A DNA stretch of 60,270 nucleotides from a virus (Duplodnaviria > Caudoviricetes), in IMG/VR virus record IMGVR_UViG_3300021494_000019, positions 1 through 60,270 of that record; one strand, written 5' to 3'. Under the pieces are notes generated by a model, which made no database searches, was not told the origin of the DNA, and worked only from the letters and a program-made list of their open reading frames with translations. Shown here one piece after another: positions 26,574 through 36,432 of this stretch (position 1 is its first letter; each line of letters begins with the position of its first letter). The translations under genes were made by a program, and so were the position numbers.

Positions 26574-27061
26574 TATTTTTTCCATCCGTACAAAAGCCAA
26601 TCATCGTTAAACTTCTCAGACTTGACGACATCGAGAAGGTTTCGATATCGTTTGTAAATGTCTGATGAAGTTATTCTTCCAGGCAGAGTGAAAATGAGCT
26701 TAGTATCAGGCTTCAGTTTGCGAAATATCCACAAATCCAATCCGAGGTCTCGGAACATATCTAAAGCAACCACGGTGTTGTAGTCTGTTCCTGAGTCTGT
26801 CAACTCTGTCTTTAAGAACTTGCGAAATTTACTTTTGATGCCCGGATACTTCTGCTGAGCATTCAATAGATTTTCTAAATCTCCGATTAGACAAAGAAAA
26901 TCCTTCGCACAAAAAGCCAGAAAGTTTCCGGCAAAGTAGCCGTCACGTCCATTCAATTCAAGAACCGTATCTGTAGGACGAATTAAAGATGCTACTTTTT
27001 TGTAAAGATCTATAGTTTCCTGATCGATAATCTCAACGTTAAAATCTTCTTCTTCATACAT
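26573..27061 (-). CDS. class I SAM-methyltransferase-like protein (possibly degenerate)
   Basis: TVLELNGRDGYFA glycine loop; LKP...LIFTLP. Confidence 0.6.
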   Translation of the reverse strand: MYEEEDFNVEIIDQETIDLYKKVASLIRPTDTVLELNGRDGYFAGNFLAFCAKDFLCLIGDLENLLNAQQKYPGIKSKFRKFLKTELTDSGTDYNTVVALDMFRDLGLDLWIFRKLKPDTKLIFTLPGRITSSDIYKRYRNLLDVVKSEKFNDDWLLYGWKK

Positions 27062-27494
27062 TATCAGTCACCCAATTTTTTATTTTTTCTAAGGGAAACA
27101 TCTTCCCTGGACATTCAGTATAGCCAGGTCGCATGACTTCATAATGGCCATAGATAGCATTTCTATCTATGTTAAAAGCCTTTATGAGACTTTCCAAAAG
27201 CTCTAAGAGGCGTAATATTAATCTCAAATCCGGCGTATGTTCGCTAAAATCGCCGAGAATACAGATACCGAGACTCTTAGCATTGGATCCTGGAGCATGA
27301 GCTCCTGCTTCATAAGGCTTTCTGCCATAGCGAATAACGGCACGATGGTCGACTAACTCGATGCCATAGTGGTATCCTATATCCCTCCATCCTCTGACTT
27401 CTTTATGATAACGACGAATTCCTTCCCAGTTAGGGATTACGGGATGGTCATAACCTGCGCTATGATGCAGAATTATCATCTGAGGCTGATTCAT
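27054..27494 (-). CDS. N-acetylmuramoyl-L-alanine amidase (endolysin)
   Basis: IILHHS, GWRDIGYH, GAHA, GH...TECPG. Confidence 0.92.
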   Translation of the reverse strand: MNQPQMIILHHSAGYDHPVIPNWEGIRRYHKEVRGWRDIGYHYGIELVDHRAVIRYGRKPYEAGAHAPGSNAKSLGICILGDFSEHTPDLRLILRLLELLESLIKAFNIDRNAIYGHYEVMRPGYTECPGKMFPLEKIKNWVTDNV

Positions 27495-27627
27495 CTTTCT
27501 TCTCCTTTTTTAAGATGGCTAATTCTCTTTGCAGTTCTGCAATTCTCTGATTGAGTAATTGAATCGTTATTTCCTTAAGGCCGATGATTTTCGCTACTTC
27601 ATTAAGATCGATGGGTGCATTTTCCAT
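27460..27627 (-). CDS. small coiled-coil protein
   Basis: AGGAG SD before MENAP. Confidence 0.65.
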   Translation of the reverse strand: MENAPIDLNEVAKIIGLKEITIQLLNQRIAELQRELAILKKEKKDESASDDNSAS

Positions 27628-27646
27628 GCTGTCTCCTTTCATGTTT

Positions 27647-27670
27647 GTAATTTCGACACTTCGAAATTAC
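27647..27670. promoter_or_regulatory. GTAATTTCG-N6-CGAAATTAC palindrome
   Basis: Perfect arms, spacer ACACTT. Confidence 0.8.
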
Positions 27671-27702
27671 CGAATTTAAAAATTATTTAAATTAGATATA
27701 AC

Positions 27703-30700
27703 TTATTGCATCAATATATCTACCCCAAAACTATTATCCACACTAACGCTAAATACTTTGGCATAAGCGCTTCCGGGAGCATCCTGACCTCGAATATAAA
27801 TCTGTACCAAATCTCCGGGCGACCATCCAGAAATATCTTCCGTAAAAGATTCATAGTCTGGAGGCGTCCAAGTAGTACTTCTCTCTGTTCCTACAGGAGA
27901 ACCGTTGCGATAAATACGTCCATAAGCTCGTGTAGCATTGGACATACTTATACTGAAAGTAATACGCAATTCACCGCCTCTCGGAATTCTCAGCTCTTTG
28001 GCCTTTGTGTAAGTTGTAGATTGTACATCGTGGACATAGTCATCATAATGCAGACTTACATCTCCCGCTTCATAAGGTTCGAGCTTATCTTGCGTAACTG
28101 CATGTGTTTTGATATTACCCGTCGCAATAATATCTCCGCCTACCTGTAAATCGTTGCCATCCCATTTGAGATACTTGGTTGAATTTCCAACGGAAAATTT
28201 ATAGTCGCTCCCCGAATACCCGAGAAAGAAACCGATCCCTGTCGCAAAATCAGTCTGACCTCCCCTAACACTGCCGCCGCCAGTGCTAAGAATAATATCA
28301 CCGCCGTTTAGCTTAATATTTCCTCCACCCAATATTTCAAGGGCATCCGCATCACTAAACTTAAACTTGAAGGTAGCTAAATCATAGGCAAAGTAATTAT
28401 TTGAGTCCTTCCCCAGCTTGAAACTGCCATCGCTATCGATGTAATTCGTCCATGCAGACCCGTTAAAATATCCCATATGGTCAGCACCAAGATAAAGCCC
28501 CGCACCCGCAGGCGTTCCGACATTCTCACCAGGCAAAACCTTGGTCTGCAAATTACCATCTGAATCAAGACCGGTATAAATTCTATTTTCTGCAAGTCTC
28601 GAAGAAACTCCTGCTGGATTGAGATAAAGAGCCTTGATTTCTGAAGCAGTAAGTACTTTATTATAGATGCGGACTTCATCTATTAGACCATCGAAACCTC
28701 CATTCGTTATCTGTAGAGGATCAGTAGTTACTGTTGTCTCAGTTAATGTATTTCTTACGTTATCGCCAGATATTTCATCACCATTCCAATATAACAAAAG
28801 TCCATCAAAGCTCACTGAACCATCATATGTTATAACCAAAAAACCCCAATTTTGATCAATATAGCCTTGTGGATAATTAAAATCTTTAATTAAATCATTT
28901 CCATTGGTAGTACCCGATAAATATACTCTAAATTGATTTTCGCCATCAAGATCTTGAATACCATATCCTGGAGTAGTGTAGTTTCCTGCGCTTTTTCTAA
29001 GTAATATTCCTCCATAAGCATTTCGTTTACACCACAAACAAATACTAAAAGAATCAGTTCTTTCAAAACTAAAAGAAGAATCACTTGGTATAGTTACTTG
29101 TTTATTTGTTCCATCAAAACTAAGAGCATTTCCACTTACTCCGGAAACCCAGTCAGCCTCTTCCATGTTGACCAGAGTTCCATCATGGCCGTTTCCGCTA
29201 TTATCTATCGCAGTAGTTCCTGTTCCATCGTCAAAAGACCAATAGGCAACAAGATGTTCATCAGAAGGTAAGGGAGGCGTAACATCTGCGCCACTCTCAG
29301 CGGCAAACTTATTTGTAGTGCCTTCGCTGATATCATCAGCGTCTCCTACAACCGAGGATAAAATGATATGCCCAGCAGATATATCAGTTGACAATACCTT
29401 CCCATACGTCCCATCTGCGATATCATCGAGGTCGCCTACTGCTTCAGACAGCTTGATATGGCCAGCACTTATATCGGTAGCCAAAACCTTACCGTAGGTT
29501 GTACCGTCATCTATATCATCAAGCGTTCCTTCACAAGAAGCCAGAAGAATATGACCAGACGAAATATCTGACAATAAAATTCTGCCATAGGTAGCGCCAT
29601 CATCGATATAATCTAACGTTCTGTCGATTAACCGAGTAATCGAATCATTTGCAAAAACTATGTTAGATTGATCCGTAAGCCACGAAGAAGATTGTGGATT
29701 ATTAGCCGTTACATCAGCTCCACTTTCGGCTGCAAATTTATTAGTTGTCCCTTCCGCTATGTCATCAGCATCGCCGACAACTGAAGAAAGAACAATATGA
29801 CCGGCTGAAATATCTGTCGATAAAACTTTGCCATATGTGCCGTCAGCGATGTCGTCAAGATCGCCTACCGCCTCTGATAGTTTAATATGTCCGGCAGATA
29901 TATCGGTAGCTAAAACTCTACCATAAGTAGAGCCATCATTTATATCATCAAGAGAGCCTGTACAAGAAGCTAATAAAATATGTCCCGAGGATATATCCGT
30001 TAAAAGAACCCTACCATAAGTTGCTCCATCGGCAATGTTATCCAGAGTTCTGTCGATCAATCTGGTAATCGAATCATTCTCGAAAATAAGACTGGCCTGG
30101 TCGGTGAGCCAAGAGGATGACTGAGGATTGTTGGCTGTTACATCTGCACCTTCTTCAATATCTGACAATTTCTTACCTAAAGGTCTGATCGAAACAGAGT
30201 CGATATAAGTAGTTGCCGAAGATGTACGATTAGTTAAGGCAAGAAAGCGGATGTATTTAGTACCATATCTAAATTTAGTAAAACCTGGAGGAGAAGTAAC
30301 GGAATTCACTCCATCAATAATATCTGAGTGAAATTCCCAATCTGTACTAACATCCTGATTAGTTAAAAGAATATAGCTATAAGCAGCCCCTGCCTGAGTA
30401 TGGCCTACTTTAGTTCCGGCCGCATAGGTTGCAGGTACTGTTTGTCCTGATTGTAAATTCACTCTCCAGTAAGTTGGATCATTACTTTTATCTATTGAGT
30501 CTATAAATCTTGTATTGAAGTTAGGTAAATCGCTATAATCACTTTCAATATCAAATTGAATTGTAGAATAAGTACCTGTCCAATCTTCACTTGGAGGAAC
30601 TATGTCAACATAGGTATCACCTTGATTGGCCTGAGCGTATAAAGTGGTGTCTCTATTAGCATGTCGCCAACAGTGTTGATGATAAATTAAAGTCTTATTT

Positions 30701-33700
30701 TCATCGTATCCAGCAAAGCCCATATAAGTTTTTTGTGTAGATGAAGCCTTAATCGCTGCCTGAATTTCATATTTAAGATCGACACTAACAGGTATATAAG
30801 CATCACTATATCGAGTATTGTTACTACCTGTTACGGAGAAACAACCTAAGCCTTGATAGCCATCATTAGCAACATACTCAAACTGAGAAAAGTTAAGAGT
30901 TCCTCCAAGTTCCGCTCCGCCGTTTAAGACAAGATTATCTGGAGCGGTAGCTGTAGCTCCAGGTTCAGCAGTCCATTGAGGCTTTTGGCCTCCTGGATTC
31001 AAAAACAAAGCACGAACTTCGTCTGATGTTATCGCTTCTTCGTAAAGACGTACTTCATCAATCTTACCGTTTAGATATTCGTATCCTTCACGAGAGCCAA
31101 CATAGATATAAGTCGGCGAATAAGCCAAACTATTCAGACCTGAAGCACTTCCTACATTTTCGCCATCAATAAATAACTCTGCAGTTCCGGCAGTGTCATC
31201 AAAGACAACTACTACATGATGCCAACTTCCAGCACTAACCAGATTGCTTCCACTATCAACTCTTTTAGCCCAGCTAGTGCCATCATAAGTGTAAAACAGA
31301 AGCTGATTAGAAGAATTTAACCCTAGGCTAAATTGTCTTGTAGAAGATTGACCTACCGCATTAGCTACTAAGGATTGAAAATCTCCGGAGCCATTATGAT
31401 ACATCCAAACAGAAACTGTCAGATCTTTGCCAGCAAAATCCAAACTACCGTTATGATTAACAGTCGCATAATCTTCAGAACCGTCAAACTGGATACATTT
31501 TCCCGATATCCCATCCTTCCAGCTTGCATTGGACATACTGTGAAATAAGAGATTGAGACCGTTTCCCGATGAATCAATCGCTGAAGTTCCGGAACCTTCA
31601 TCAAATGCCCAATAAGCAACAAGATTTTCATCTGAAGGCAATGGCGGGATTAGGTCATCTGTTAAATCTTCTGTTTCGATCTGTTTAGGACTTGCATTGA
31701 CAGAACTTGTAGCTTCGCTTAAGTTTCCAGCCGCATCAACGGCCTTGAGAAAATAGAAGTATGTTGTTCCGTAACTAACATTCTTATCTGTCGCTGAAAC
31801 AGATCCATTAGGGGAACCTGCTACTGAATAAAGAGCATCACCTCCTGGAAAACTATCTGAAGTATTTCGCCAAATGTTGACATGGTCGAAGTCCAAATCA
31901 GGAGGATTTGTCCAGTCAAGACGAATGGCATTAATAATCCCAGTAGCACTAACATCACTTGGCTTAGCGGGACTTTCATCTTTACCAATCACTGTATGAG
32001 TTTCTACATCGCACCAAGGACCTATTGATCCATCAAGCGCAACATATCTAAACTTTAGGTCATAACTCTCTCCACCTTGAACGCCATCGATAGCAATTTC
32101 GGACTGAAAACCAGAATAGCTGTTATATATCCATGGACCTTCAGAATTTTGAAGCCTTATCGCCGATTCCATTTTAGCTACTTGGTCGAATAAATGACCA
32201 CTTTCGTATCTAAAAGAAACCAGAATTCGATAAGCTAAAGCTCCGTCTTCTTCCCGAGAATGAACGTAAGTATCTGAACGAATATTATCTACTATCGGAC
32301 TTCCAATGGTTTCAAATATATCATAAGGCAAAGTTATCTGACTATCAAACTCAGGAATAGAGCCGGTATCAGCAGAATAAATAGCCGAGTTGTAATCGAC
32401 ACATACAATCCTCGCAGTTAAGTCTTGCGCAGGTTCGATGCTTTTAACGATTAACTCAACTGATTCAGAACCTTCTTCGCCAAAGAGACCAAGATCGTCA
32501 GCCTGGACATTATGGCCCGAACTCGCAGGAGTCTCTAATTCGAGAACTGTTTGATACCCAGGGTTAGTTACGATATTATAGACACTCGATGATCCGTCAG
32601 ACTTCCTAATGCGAATAGCATAATCTTTACCAGCTTCCATCCCAACTTCGCTATCCATAGTAATATGCGTCAGGTTGCCACCACCATCTTCAGTAATACT
32701 GGCAACTCGACCGGAGGCAACACCGAACATCGGAACATCGTGAGTAAATCTAATTAAATCTCCACGAGTGCAAATAATGTTTTCTACATCGGCATAGAAA
32801 CTATGAATCTCAGGACGCAATCTTGCACAGGCCAAGAAATATCTGGCATGTTTATATGCCATTTCGCTATTGGTAATGCCTCTTAGCGATAAAGTTTCGA
32901 ATATGGTAGCATTGTTGGCATCATACCCATCATCATAAACAAGTATCTCATCTGCTCGCCATTCCTTAGCTTCGTTAATAAACTGCACACGGAAGGCATG
33001 AGGCATTTGCGAAAACTGTTTTTCTCCTTGATAACCCCAAGAATTTCTTGGTGAGAAATGCTGAACAGGTGTCAATTGCTCTTTGTCTTGAACGATTGAA
33101 AATTTGCCATCGACATAAGACAATGAGGCTCGACCAGCTGATGCAATCTCCCGCAGTATTTGTTCGACTGATGTTTGATAATCAATCACTGCATTAAAAG
33201 AATAACTAAGCCCTGAAACTGTTTCATTTCCTGTAAAATTCTCAGCGGCGTAGGTAGCCTCGATGACCATTATATCTGCGGAAGTAGAGTCATCGAGAAC
33301 ATAAAAGCCATCATAATTCACCGTACCGAAAATATGTATCAAAGCTCCATCAGCATAGCCATGTCCCGTGCATGGAATTCCAACTAAGCCATTGCCTTTA
33401 TCTATTGCAGCAGCATTATCAAGATTCTGCGGAGTCGTAATACAGTCTTCATGCCATTCTTGAAGATCAGTTAAATTGATGCGTGAATCCGCAAGAGCCT
33501 GTTTATTTGCACTTGATTGCAAGACGTGTCTAAACAGAGATGCGGGATTTGCAGATTCACGCTCAATCCATGTCGAGGAAGCTGAATCCCAATCTTTAAC
33601 GACAGACATAGCCGTACAGTTAAATTGATTCAGCGTACCGGAAAGTTGATCAGTTGCCTTAACCCTCAAAGCGACTAAGGCCAGATTTTCATCTGAGCTT

Positions 33701-35238
33701 ATCGGATCTTCGTTTGTTATTGATCTAAGAGCTGTCCAATGAGCAGTGTCAACAGTATCATCTCCAGAATCCGCAGTTAGTCTCTTAATCCTAACGTCAT
33801 ACTGCCCACGAGGAACCTTAAAGCGAAATGTTCTTCTAATGATATCTGCTCTTGCGTCAGAAAAACTTGGATCGACCTTCAAATAACCTGCGGCAATATC
33901 GATCTTATCACTTTCTGGAGATTGTGCCGATGGAGCAAAATCACCTGCATTTTGTTTCTTCAAGCAAGAATCTCGCTCATCAGTAATGTCGCTCGCTGAA
34001 ATTGTACTGGAATTGTTTCGTAATATCTTAGCTATTGGACATGCCCAATCGGGCACTGTGGGCGGAACTGCTGCAGGAAAGTATTGAGAATGATAAGAAT
34101 GATAAGAAGAAGGATCGCCTCCTGTATTTCCGGCCAAGGTAGATATTTCGCCCGTGTATTTATTTATTACAACACGATAGTAACGATAGACATGATCGAA
34201 TCCAGTAGCAGGCATTGAATCGGATTCTTGAGCAGAGATAGATTCATAATCAACACCTACACTCCAATCATCGGCATCCTTAATCGAATACTGAATTTCA
34301 AAGTCTACGCTGGTAGAGGATTTAGTGCCGTCACTCTCGATCTTAAACAATCCTTGGAGAAAAGAGATGTCTACTGAAATTTCATCACAATTTTCTTCTG
34401 TAGTTTGAGTTACGTAGCCAGTAGCATAGGATAATTCAATATTTAGCTGAGTTTCTCTAACATTCTGAGTATACAATGTTATAGGCTCATCAGAGTCGTA
34501 ACCCTCCCTGATCTCCATTTCAACATCTTCAAGGTCGCTAATATCAGTATCGCCGAATTTAAAATTGCCGAGCTTAAGCGGACCATAGCCAATGACGAAC
34601 AACATTCTAAGATACTGATCGTCACCAATTATCTCAGTATAAGGCATCGCTCCATAAGGAGGAACTATTCGATGCATACCTAAGATTACAGGAATCGGGC
34701 CATAAGGATTAGCCTTATTCTGACCGCCTGTTAGCGTTGGAGAACGTTTAAATTGATCTCCCTCTCCGCCTAAATTTCCGACTGGAGGCGGAACAAGAGC
34801 ATTTACTGCAAGCATTCCAACAACAGTAACCGCAGTTGAAACTCCGGCACTGACTATTGATCCAGCAGTTGTTAGGATAACCTTACCGCCTACTACTTCA
34901 GTCAGATTTAAAGCACCCGCAGCTGCTGGTCCCGCATATGCGGCGGCGGCCAGTACTAACAATGTCAACATAGTTCTTGTCGGATCTTTTCCCTCCCCTC
35001 CTTGAGGAAGAATCCGAATGTTGACTATATCTCCATGTTTTGGCCTGATTGAGGACCAATAATCTTTAGCTATTATTTGATCATTAACAAAAACTCTTGC
35101 ATAGACATCATCACGCAAAAGAACAGGAGAGCATTTTTCTAAAATCTGCTCAATTGTCTGATCTTCTTCAACTATCCAATCAACTCTTTTAAAAGAAAAA
35201 GGTTCAGGACAAGTTTGTACTTTGATTGAATTTTGCAT
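27703..35238 (-). CDS. tail tip / host-specificity protein (J-like) with FN3, two LamG-like domains and internal repeats
   Basis: N-term PYGPIPVILG, GQYDVRIKR, NPA..RHVL; two 'PPLPSDE.LVAYW.FD.G.G...G.IDEVR.Y' domains; follows Dit/DUF1833/NlpC. Confidence 0.9.
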   Translation of the reverse strand: MQNSIKVQTCPEPFSFKRVDWIVEEDQTIEQILEKCSPVLLRDDVYARVFVNDQIIAKDYWSSIRPKHGDIVNIRILPQGGEGKDPTRTMLTLLVLAAAAYAGPAAAGALNLTEVVGGKVILTTAGSIVSAGVSTAVTVVGMLAVNALVPPPVGNLGGEGDQFKRSPTLTGGQNKANPYGPIPVILGMHRIVPPYGAMPYTEIIGDDQYLRMLFVIGYGPLKLGNFKFGDTDISDLEDVEMEIREGYDSDEPITLYTQNVRETQLNIELSYATGYVTQTTEENCDEISVDISFLQGLFKIESDGTKSSTSVDFEIQYSIKDADDWSVGVDYESISAQESDSMPATGFDHVYRYYRVVINKYTGEISTLAGNTGGDPSSYHSYHSQYFPAAVPPTVPDWACPIAKILRNNSSTISASDITDERDSCLKKQNAGDFAPSAQSPESDKIDIAAGYLKVDPSFSDARADIIRRTFRFKVPRGQYDVRIKRLTADSGDDTVDTAHWTALRSITNEDPISSDENLALVALRVKATDQLSGTLNQFNCTAMSVVKDWDSASSTWIERESANPASLFRHVLQSSANKQALADSRINLTDLQEWHEDCITTPQNLDNAAAIDKGNGLVGIPCTGHGYADGALIHIFGTVNYDGFYVLDDSTSADIMVIEATYAAENFTGNETVSGLSYSFNAVIDYQTSVEQILREIASAGRASLSYVDGKFSIVQDKEQLTPVQHFSPRNSWGYQGEKQFSQMPHAFRVQFINEAKEWRADEILVYDDGYDANNATIFETLSLRGITNSEMAYKHARYFLACARLRPEIHSFYADVENIICTRGDLIRFTHDVPMFGVASGRVASITEDGGGNLTHITMDSEVGMEAGKDYAIRIRKSDGSSSVYNIVTNPGYQTVLELETPASSGHNVQADDLGLFGEEGSESVELIVKSIEPAQDLTARIVCVDYNSAIYSADTGSIPEFDSQITLPYDIFETIGSPIVDNIRSDTYVHSREEDGALAYRILVSFRYESGHLFDQVAKMESAIRLQNSEGPWIYNSYSGFQSEIAIDGVQGGESYDLKFRYVALDGSIGPWCDVETHTVIGKDESPAKPSDVSATGIINAIRLDWTNPPDLDFDHVNIWRNTSDSFPGGDALYSVAGSPNGSVSATDKNVSYGTTYFYFLKAVDAAGNLSEATSSVNASPKQIETEDLTDDLIPPLPSDENLVAYWAFDEGSGTSAIDSSGNGLNLLFHSMSNASWKDGISGKCIQFDGSEDYATVNHNGSLDFAGKDLTVSVWMYHNGSGDFQSLVANAVGQSSTRQFSLGLNSSNQLLFYTYDGTSWAKRVDSGSNLVSAGSWHHVVVVFDDTAGTAELFIDGENVGSASGLNSLAYSPTYIYVGSREGYEYLNGKIDEVRLYEEAITSDEVRALFLNPGGQKPQWTAEPGATATAPDNLVLNGGAELGGTLNFSQFEYVANDGYQGLGCFSVTGSNNTRYSDAYIPVSVDLKYEIQAAIKASSTQKTYMGFAGYDENKTLIYHQHCWRHANRDTTLYAQANQGDTYVDIVPPSEDWTGTYSTIQFDIESDYSDLPNFNTRFIDSIDKSNDPTYWRVNLQSGQTVPATYAAGTKVGHTQAGAAYSYILLTNQDVSTDWEFHSDIIDGVNSVTSPPGFTKFRYGTKYIRFLALTNRTSSATTYIDSVSIRPLGKKLSDIEEGADVTANNPQSSSWLTDQASLIFENDSITRLIDRTLDNIADGATYGRVLLTDISSGHILLASCTGSLDDINDGSTYGRVLATDISAGHIKLSEAVGDLDDIADGTYGKVLSTDISAGHIVLSSVVGDADDIAEGTTNKFAAESGADVTANNPQSSSWLTDQSNIVFANDSITRLIDRTLDYIDDGATYGRILLSDISSGHILLASCEGTLDDIDDGTTYGKVLATDISAGHIKLSEAVGDLDDIADGTYGKVLSTDISAGHIILSSVVGDADDISEGTTNKFAAESGADVTPPLPSDEHLVAYWSFDDGTGTTAIDNSGNGHDGTLVNMEEADWVSGVSGNALSFDGTNKQVTIPSDSSFSFERTDSFSICLWCKRNAYGGILLRKSAGNYTTPGYGIQDLDGENQFRVYLSGTTNGNDLIKDFNYPQGYIDQNWGFLVITYDGSVSFDGLLLYWNGDEISGDNVRNTLTETTVTTDPLQITNGGFDGLIDEVRIYNKVLTASEIKALYLNPAGVSSRLAENRIYTGLDSDGNLQTKVLPGENVGTPAGAGLYLGADHMGYFNGSAWTNYIDSDGSFKLGKDSNNYFAYDLATFKFKFSDADALEILGGGNIKLNGGDIILSTGGGSVRGGQTDFATGIGFFLGYSGSDYKFSVGNSTKYLKWDGNDLQVGGDIIATGNIKTHAVTQDKLEPYEAGDVSLHYDDYVHDVQSTTYTKAKELRIPRGGELRITFSISMSNATRAYGRIYRNGSPVGTERSTTWTPPDYESFTEDISGWSPGDLVQIYIRGQDAPGSAYAKVFSVSVDNSFGVDILMQ
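29279..30150 (-). repeat. Tandem 429-bp (143-aa) duplication inside tail protein
   Basis: GADVT anchors 429 bp apart; subrepeats LDDIADG.TYG.VL.TDIS.GHI.L. Confidence 0.85.
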
Positions 35239-35617
35239 GTCTATAAACTCCAAGAATTCGGTTTTTCCAAATTAGATTGTCGAATCTTTCAATGCCTGAA
35301 TCAGCACCTTTGAGAATGTGAATCATTTGTCGTTTGCCAATGGCCATTCCTATATGCATCGGGAGACCATATATGCGAAAGAGAATAACATCACCAAAAC
35401 TCGGACGAGACGTGATGGTTATCCAATTTAACTTTTCTACATCGGCAAATTCAGCTACGGATTTTCTGTTTGCTGTTGAAACATAGGCATCAAGATATTC
35501 AGGCAAATTGATATTAAACTCATTTTTGTAGATTAATCTAATCAATCCCCAGCAATCGCATCCATCAAAATCTCTACCTTTATCTTTAAATGGAATGCCA
35601 ATATAACGATCAAACAT
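35204..35617 (-). CDS. NlpC/P60 tail-associated protein
   Basis: YIGIPF...GR...G.DCWGL, HIG, H. Confidence 0.88.
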   Translation of the reverse strand: MFDRYIGIPFKDKGRDFDGCDCWGLIRLIYKNEFNINLPEYLDAYVSTANRKSVAEFADVEKLNWITITSRPSFGDVILFRIYGLPMHIGMAIGKRQMIHILKGADSGIERFDNLIWKNRILGVYRHAKFNQSTNLS

Positions 35618-36084
35618 CAGAACAATGACGGAAATGTTGAAGGAAGAAAATGATCGCCAGGAAAAGGTTCATGAACAAATGATTCGATGCTTATGTCCGC
35701 TGTAACCGTTAAAGCATTATATCTAACGTTGCTAAGTTTGAATCCGCTAAACTCAGCCTCGATGGTATCTGGATCACTTGCCAACACGATTTGAATTGTT
35801 ATATCGGGAGCTTCTGTTGCCGACCGAACAGCTTCAACGATAGACCTATCAATATTGTCAATAGTTATACTTCCTCTCGTGATTGACTCATCGGGATCGG
35901 AAGGCAAAGATATTTCAAAGGGATATGCAGTAAAAGTATTGCCATTGCTGACTGTATCAACATTATCGCTCGATAGACGAATATGCGTACTGTTGTATTG
36001 AATATCAATAAGAACAATAAATGCCTCATTTGTCGAGGAACTATAAACTGATTCACGGAAGGTTAAAGATGTATCTCTACTCAT
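35617..36084 (-). CDS. DUF1833-like minor tail protein
   Basis: F.AYPF.I.LP, IDNIDR, V.ASDPD.IE, F.PS.FP.LF. Confidence 0.8.
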   Translation of the reverse strand: MSRDTSLTFRESVYSSSTNEAFIVLIDIQYNSTHIRLSSDNVDTVSNGNTFTAYPFEISLPSDPDESITRGSITIDNIDRSIVEAVRSATEAPDITIQIVLASDPDTIEAEFSGFKLSNVRYNALTVTADISIESFVHEPFPGDHFLPSTFPSLF

Positions 36085-36431
36085 GGCAACAACTCCACTT
36101 CACAAGAAATCTGATAGCCTCGACGGCCATATGACGAATAAACAGGTTGTTGAGAGAAGATATACGTCCCCACAGTCTGAGTTCGAGGCGATCTGAAAGT
36201 AAAACTATCCGCTCCTGAATGCAGAGTGCTGTCATAAAAATCATCGAAAACAGTAACTAAGTTTGAAGGAAGAAACATGCTAAAAGAAAACTTACGAGTT
36301 CCAGCAGTTGATCGCCTCCTAATCTTTGGAGGGCCGACATCCATAGCCGTTCTAATAATATTATTCGGCGGAACTTCTTTAAAACTATCTTTGAGAATAT
36401 ATCCGTATAAGTTACTTGGCCATGAAGCCAT
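36081..36431 (-). CDS. distal tail protein
   Basis: WP..L, RT.MD.GP.K.RRR.T, F..FY..TL..G...F; after tape measure. Confidence 0.8.
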   Translation of the reverse strand: MASWPSNLYGYILKDSFKEVPPNNIIRTAMDVGPPKIRRRSTAGTRKFSFSMFLPSNLVTVFDDFYDSTLHSGADSFTFRSPRTQTVGTYIFSQQPVYSSYGRRGYQISCEVELLP

Positions 36432-36432
36432 T

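Noticed and set aside
29279-30150. Diversity-generating retroelement TR/VR pair
   Set aside because: No reverse transcriptase; both copies are in frame with mostly synonymous, non-adenine-specific differences
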